Below the pieces are notes generated by a model. That model did no database searches. It was given only the letters and a program-made list of their open reading frames with translations, and had not been told where the DNA came from. From Pseudobdellovibrionaceae bacterium (GTDB lineage Bacteria; Bdellovibrionota; FAC87; UBA2466; JACKAF01), in the NCBI GenBank assembly GCA_020635235.1, contig JACKAF010000003.1, forward strand, positions 268,051-332,050: a stretch of DNA of 64,000 bases, in the 5' to 3' direction. A program made the translations under genes and the position numbers. Of this stretch, positions 62,396 through 64,000 are shown piece by piece. Position 1 is the stretch's first letter. Each line of letters begins with the position of its first letter.

Positions 62396-62851
62396 ATGGA
62401 AGTCATCGTCTACAAGTCCAAAAAAGAGATGGAGATTTGGGAGTCTGGTCGCTGCACGCAGCGTTTCCCTGTCGGCATTGGTAAAGACGAAGTCGGCCAA
62501 AAGGAAGTTGAAGGGGATATGCGCACCCCCGAGGGCGAGTACGTCGTTTGCGTAAAGAATCCCAAGTCCAAGTTTTTTCTCAGCGTAGGTTTGAACTACC
62601 CCAATAACAGTGATGCGGAGCGTGGCCTGGCTGCGGGCAGCCTTACTCAGGAAGAGTTTGAAGCCATTTGCAACGCCAATAGGGAAGGGAAAGTTCCCCC
62701 TTGGAAGACAAAGATGGGCGGGGAAATCTTCATCCACGGCGAGCTTGAGAAAAAAGACTGGTCAGAAGGCTGCGTTCGCCTATTCAACAAGGATATGCAG
62801 TGGCTTTTTGATAGGGCAAGCATCGGCACACGGGTTATCATCAAACCCTAA
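62396..62851 (+). CDS. L,D-transpeptidase (YkuD) catalytic-domain protein without a signal peptide
   Basis: The active-site motif is IFIHGE...SEGCVRL. In-frame stops (TAG TAG) lie just upstream of the ATG, so no N-terminal export signal can be added. Confidence 0.8.
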   Translation: MEVIVYKSKKEMEIWESGRCTQRFPVGIGKDEVGQKEVEGDMRTPEGEYVVCVKNPKSKFFLSVGLNYPNNSDAERGLAAGSLTQEEFEAICNANREGKVPPWKTKMGGEIFIHGELEKKDWSEGCVRLFNKDMQWLFDRASIGTRVIIKP

Positions 62852-62897
62852 TCACCACAAAACCGAATAGCCTGCGGATTAAAATGAGCGACTAAGT

Positions 62898-63302
62898 TTA
62901 CTTGTCGCCAAAGAAGTAGGCCACTTCACGGGCCGCGGAAGCGGTGCTGTCCGAACCGTGCACGGAGTTGGCTTCCAGGCTGTCCGCGTATAGTTTTCGG
63001 ATCGTTCCGGGTGCCGCCTTAGCAGGATCCGTCGCGCCCATTAGCTTGCGATAATTTTCAACCGCATTGTTGCCTTCCAAGACGAAAAGCAAAACTGGTC
63101 CGCTTGTCATGAAAGTTACCAGGCTTCCAAAGAAGGGCCGCTCTTTGTGTTCAGCGTAGAAACCTTCGGCCTGTGGCTTGCTAAGAGATTCCATGCGGGC
63201 CTCTACCACTTTGAGTCCGGACTCTTCGATCAGCGTCAAAATCTTTCCGATGAGGTTTTTCTTTACGGCATTGGGTTTAATAATTCCGAATGTCTTTTCC
63301 AT
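62898..63302 (-). CDS. ndk: nucleoside diphosphate kinase
   Basis: It has [10 protein letters not shown] and NSVHGSDS (catalytic His) motifs. The length is 134 aa. Confidence 0.95.
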   Translation of the reverse strand: MEKTFGIIKPNAVKKNLIGKILTLIEESGLKVVEARMESLSKPQAEGFYAEHKERPFFGSLVTFMTSGPVLLFVLEGNNAVENYRKLMGATDPAKAAPGTIRKLYADSLEANSVHGSDSTASAAREVAYFFGDK

Positions 63303-63305
63303 TGT

Positions 63306-64000
63306 TTATCCTTTCAAAGCTTGTTCCATCGTTTCGCCCATTGAAGCAGGGCTCATCGCCACACGCACTCCAGCGCGTTCGAGGGCTGCAATTTTGTCAG
63401 ACGCTTTTCCGCTCCCACCACTGATAATAGCGCCGGCGTGGCCCATGCGTTTTCCGGGGGGGGCCGTTTGGCCCGCGATGAAACCCACCACCGGCTTTTT
63501 CATATGTCCCTTGATGTACTCGGCCGCTTCTTCTTCCGCGCTTCCACCGATTTCGCCGATGAGAATGACGCCTTCAGTGTCGGGATCTTCGTTGAAGAGT
63601 TGGAGTACTTGGGTGTGATTTAAGCCGCTGACCGGATCTCCACCAATGCCCACGCAAGTGGATTGGCCAATCCCGCGTTCCGTCAGCTGGTGAACGGCCT
63701 CGTAAGTGAGGGTTCCGCTTCGGGAGACCACACCAATTTTGCCGGGTTTATGAATATATCCGGGCATAATACCGATCTTGCATTCCCCAGGCGTAATAAC
63801 TCCTGGGCAGTTCGGACCGACAAGCGTAACGCCAGCGTCTCTTAGGTAGTGTTTTACCTGAAGCATATCCAGGGCTGGGATACCCTCTGTGATACAAATC
63901 ACCAGCTTGATCCCCGCTTCAGCCGCTTCAATGATCGCATCGGCAGCAAAGGGAGCCGGAACGTATATCATGCTGGTATCGGCGGCCGTTTTAAGTACAG
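63306..64000 (-). CDS. sucD: succinate--CoA ligase subunit alpha (N-terminus outside the window)
   Basis: It has [23 protein letters not shown] and MGHAGAII (phosphohistidine loop). The frame stays open to the window end ([15 protein letters not shown]). Confidence 0.95.
   Translation of the reverse strand, partial: VLKTAADTSMIYVPAPFAADAIIEAAEAGIKLVICITEGIPALDMLQVKHYLRDAGVTLVGPNCPGVITPGECKIGIMPGYIHKPGKIGVVSRSGTLTYEAVHQLTERGIGQSTCVGIGGDPVSGLNHTQVLQLFNEDPDTEGVILIGEIGGSAEEEAAEYIKGHMKKPVVGFIAGQTAPPGKRMGHAGAIISGGSGKASDKIAALERAGVRVAMSPASMGETMEQALKG

Noticed and set aside
63449-63460. A G8 homopolymer (C8 on the coding strand) inside sucD, and similar C7-C8/G7 runs at about 24665, 14735, 11395 and 23245, considered as phase-variation tracts.
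   Set aside because: The coding runs encode ordinary Pro/Gly residues of conserved housekeeping proteins and the frames are intact. The non-coding runs are not positioned between -35 and -10 elements that I could identify.
1-64000. A search for tRNA/rRNA genes, CRISPR arrays, IS elements, integrases, prophage or defence-system hallmarks (RT, Cas, restriction-modification, Abi, TIR, and so on).
   Set aside because: I saw no T-loop-type GGTTCGAATCC-like sequences in non-coding DNA and no spaced direct repeats. No ORF has transposase, integrase, reverse-transcriptase or nuclease-helicase defence signatures. By eye, the window is chromosomal core plus secretome genes.

Overview
This 64-kb window is a densely coding stretch of bacterial chromosome with moderate GC. 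It holds about 68 protein genes on both strands, many with ATGA or TAGTG start/stop overlaps. I found no rRNA, tRNA, CRISPR array, transposase, integrase or phage genes.

Most of the window is core housekeeping in familiar syntenic blocks:
- rfb-type sugar genes and trxB (0-4.3 kb)
- hisS-aspS followed by glpA-glpB (17.5-24 kb)
- maf-yggS-divIVA (27-29 kb)
- carD-ispD-ispF-cysS (29-32.4 kb)
- lepA-lepB (32.4-35 kb)
- rpsB-tsf-pyrH-frr-uppS-cdsA-dxr-rseP plus a PIN-PhoH2 ATPase (35-44 kb)
- thpR/uvrC head to head (44-46.6 kb)
- a coxB-coxA-coxC-coxIV oxidase operon (46.7-50.6 kb)
- ndk and a partial sucD at the right edge

Between these lie blocks rich in exported proteins of unknown function and secreted peptidases (M3, M4-like, M14, S1). 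Together with DivIVA, CarD/CdnL and PilZ, this suggests a diderm Bdellovibrionota/deltaproteobacteria-like organism. That placement is inference only.

I do not see a clear, self-contained new multi-gene system, and there are no defence-island hallmarks. The best candidates for something undescribed are:
1. A thermolysin-like lipoprotein protease whose FTP/PepSY-like pro-domain appears to be a separate, translationally coupled gene (12.3-14.6 kb).
2. A TPR + C-terminal winged-helix regulator translationally coupled to a secreted protein and divergent from an M14 carboxypeptidase, with a CTGTG motif cluster in the shared control region (53.6-57.3 kb).
3. glpAB with a 147-aa membrane-anchored mini-GlpC (20.6-24 kb).
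4. A monocistronic P/Q-rich secreted protein with a consensus promoter and a strong terminator (14.8-16.8 kb).
5. A secreted protein made of 14-residue YD-like tandem repeats (1.6-2.4 kb).
6. An HTH + coiled-coil protein near divIVA (25.9-27.7 kb).
7. Two long imperfect palindromes and two terminator-like hairpins sitting in 5' leaders.

All family assignments come from motif recognition in the supplied translations. No searches were run.
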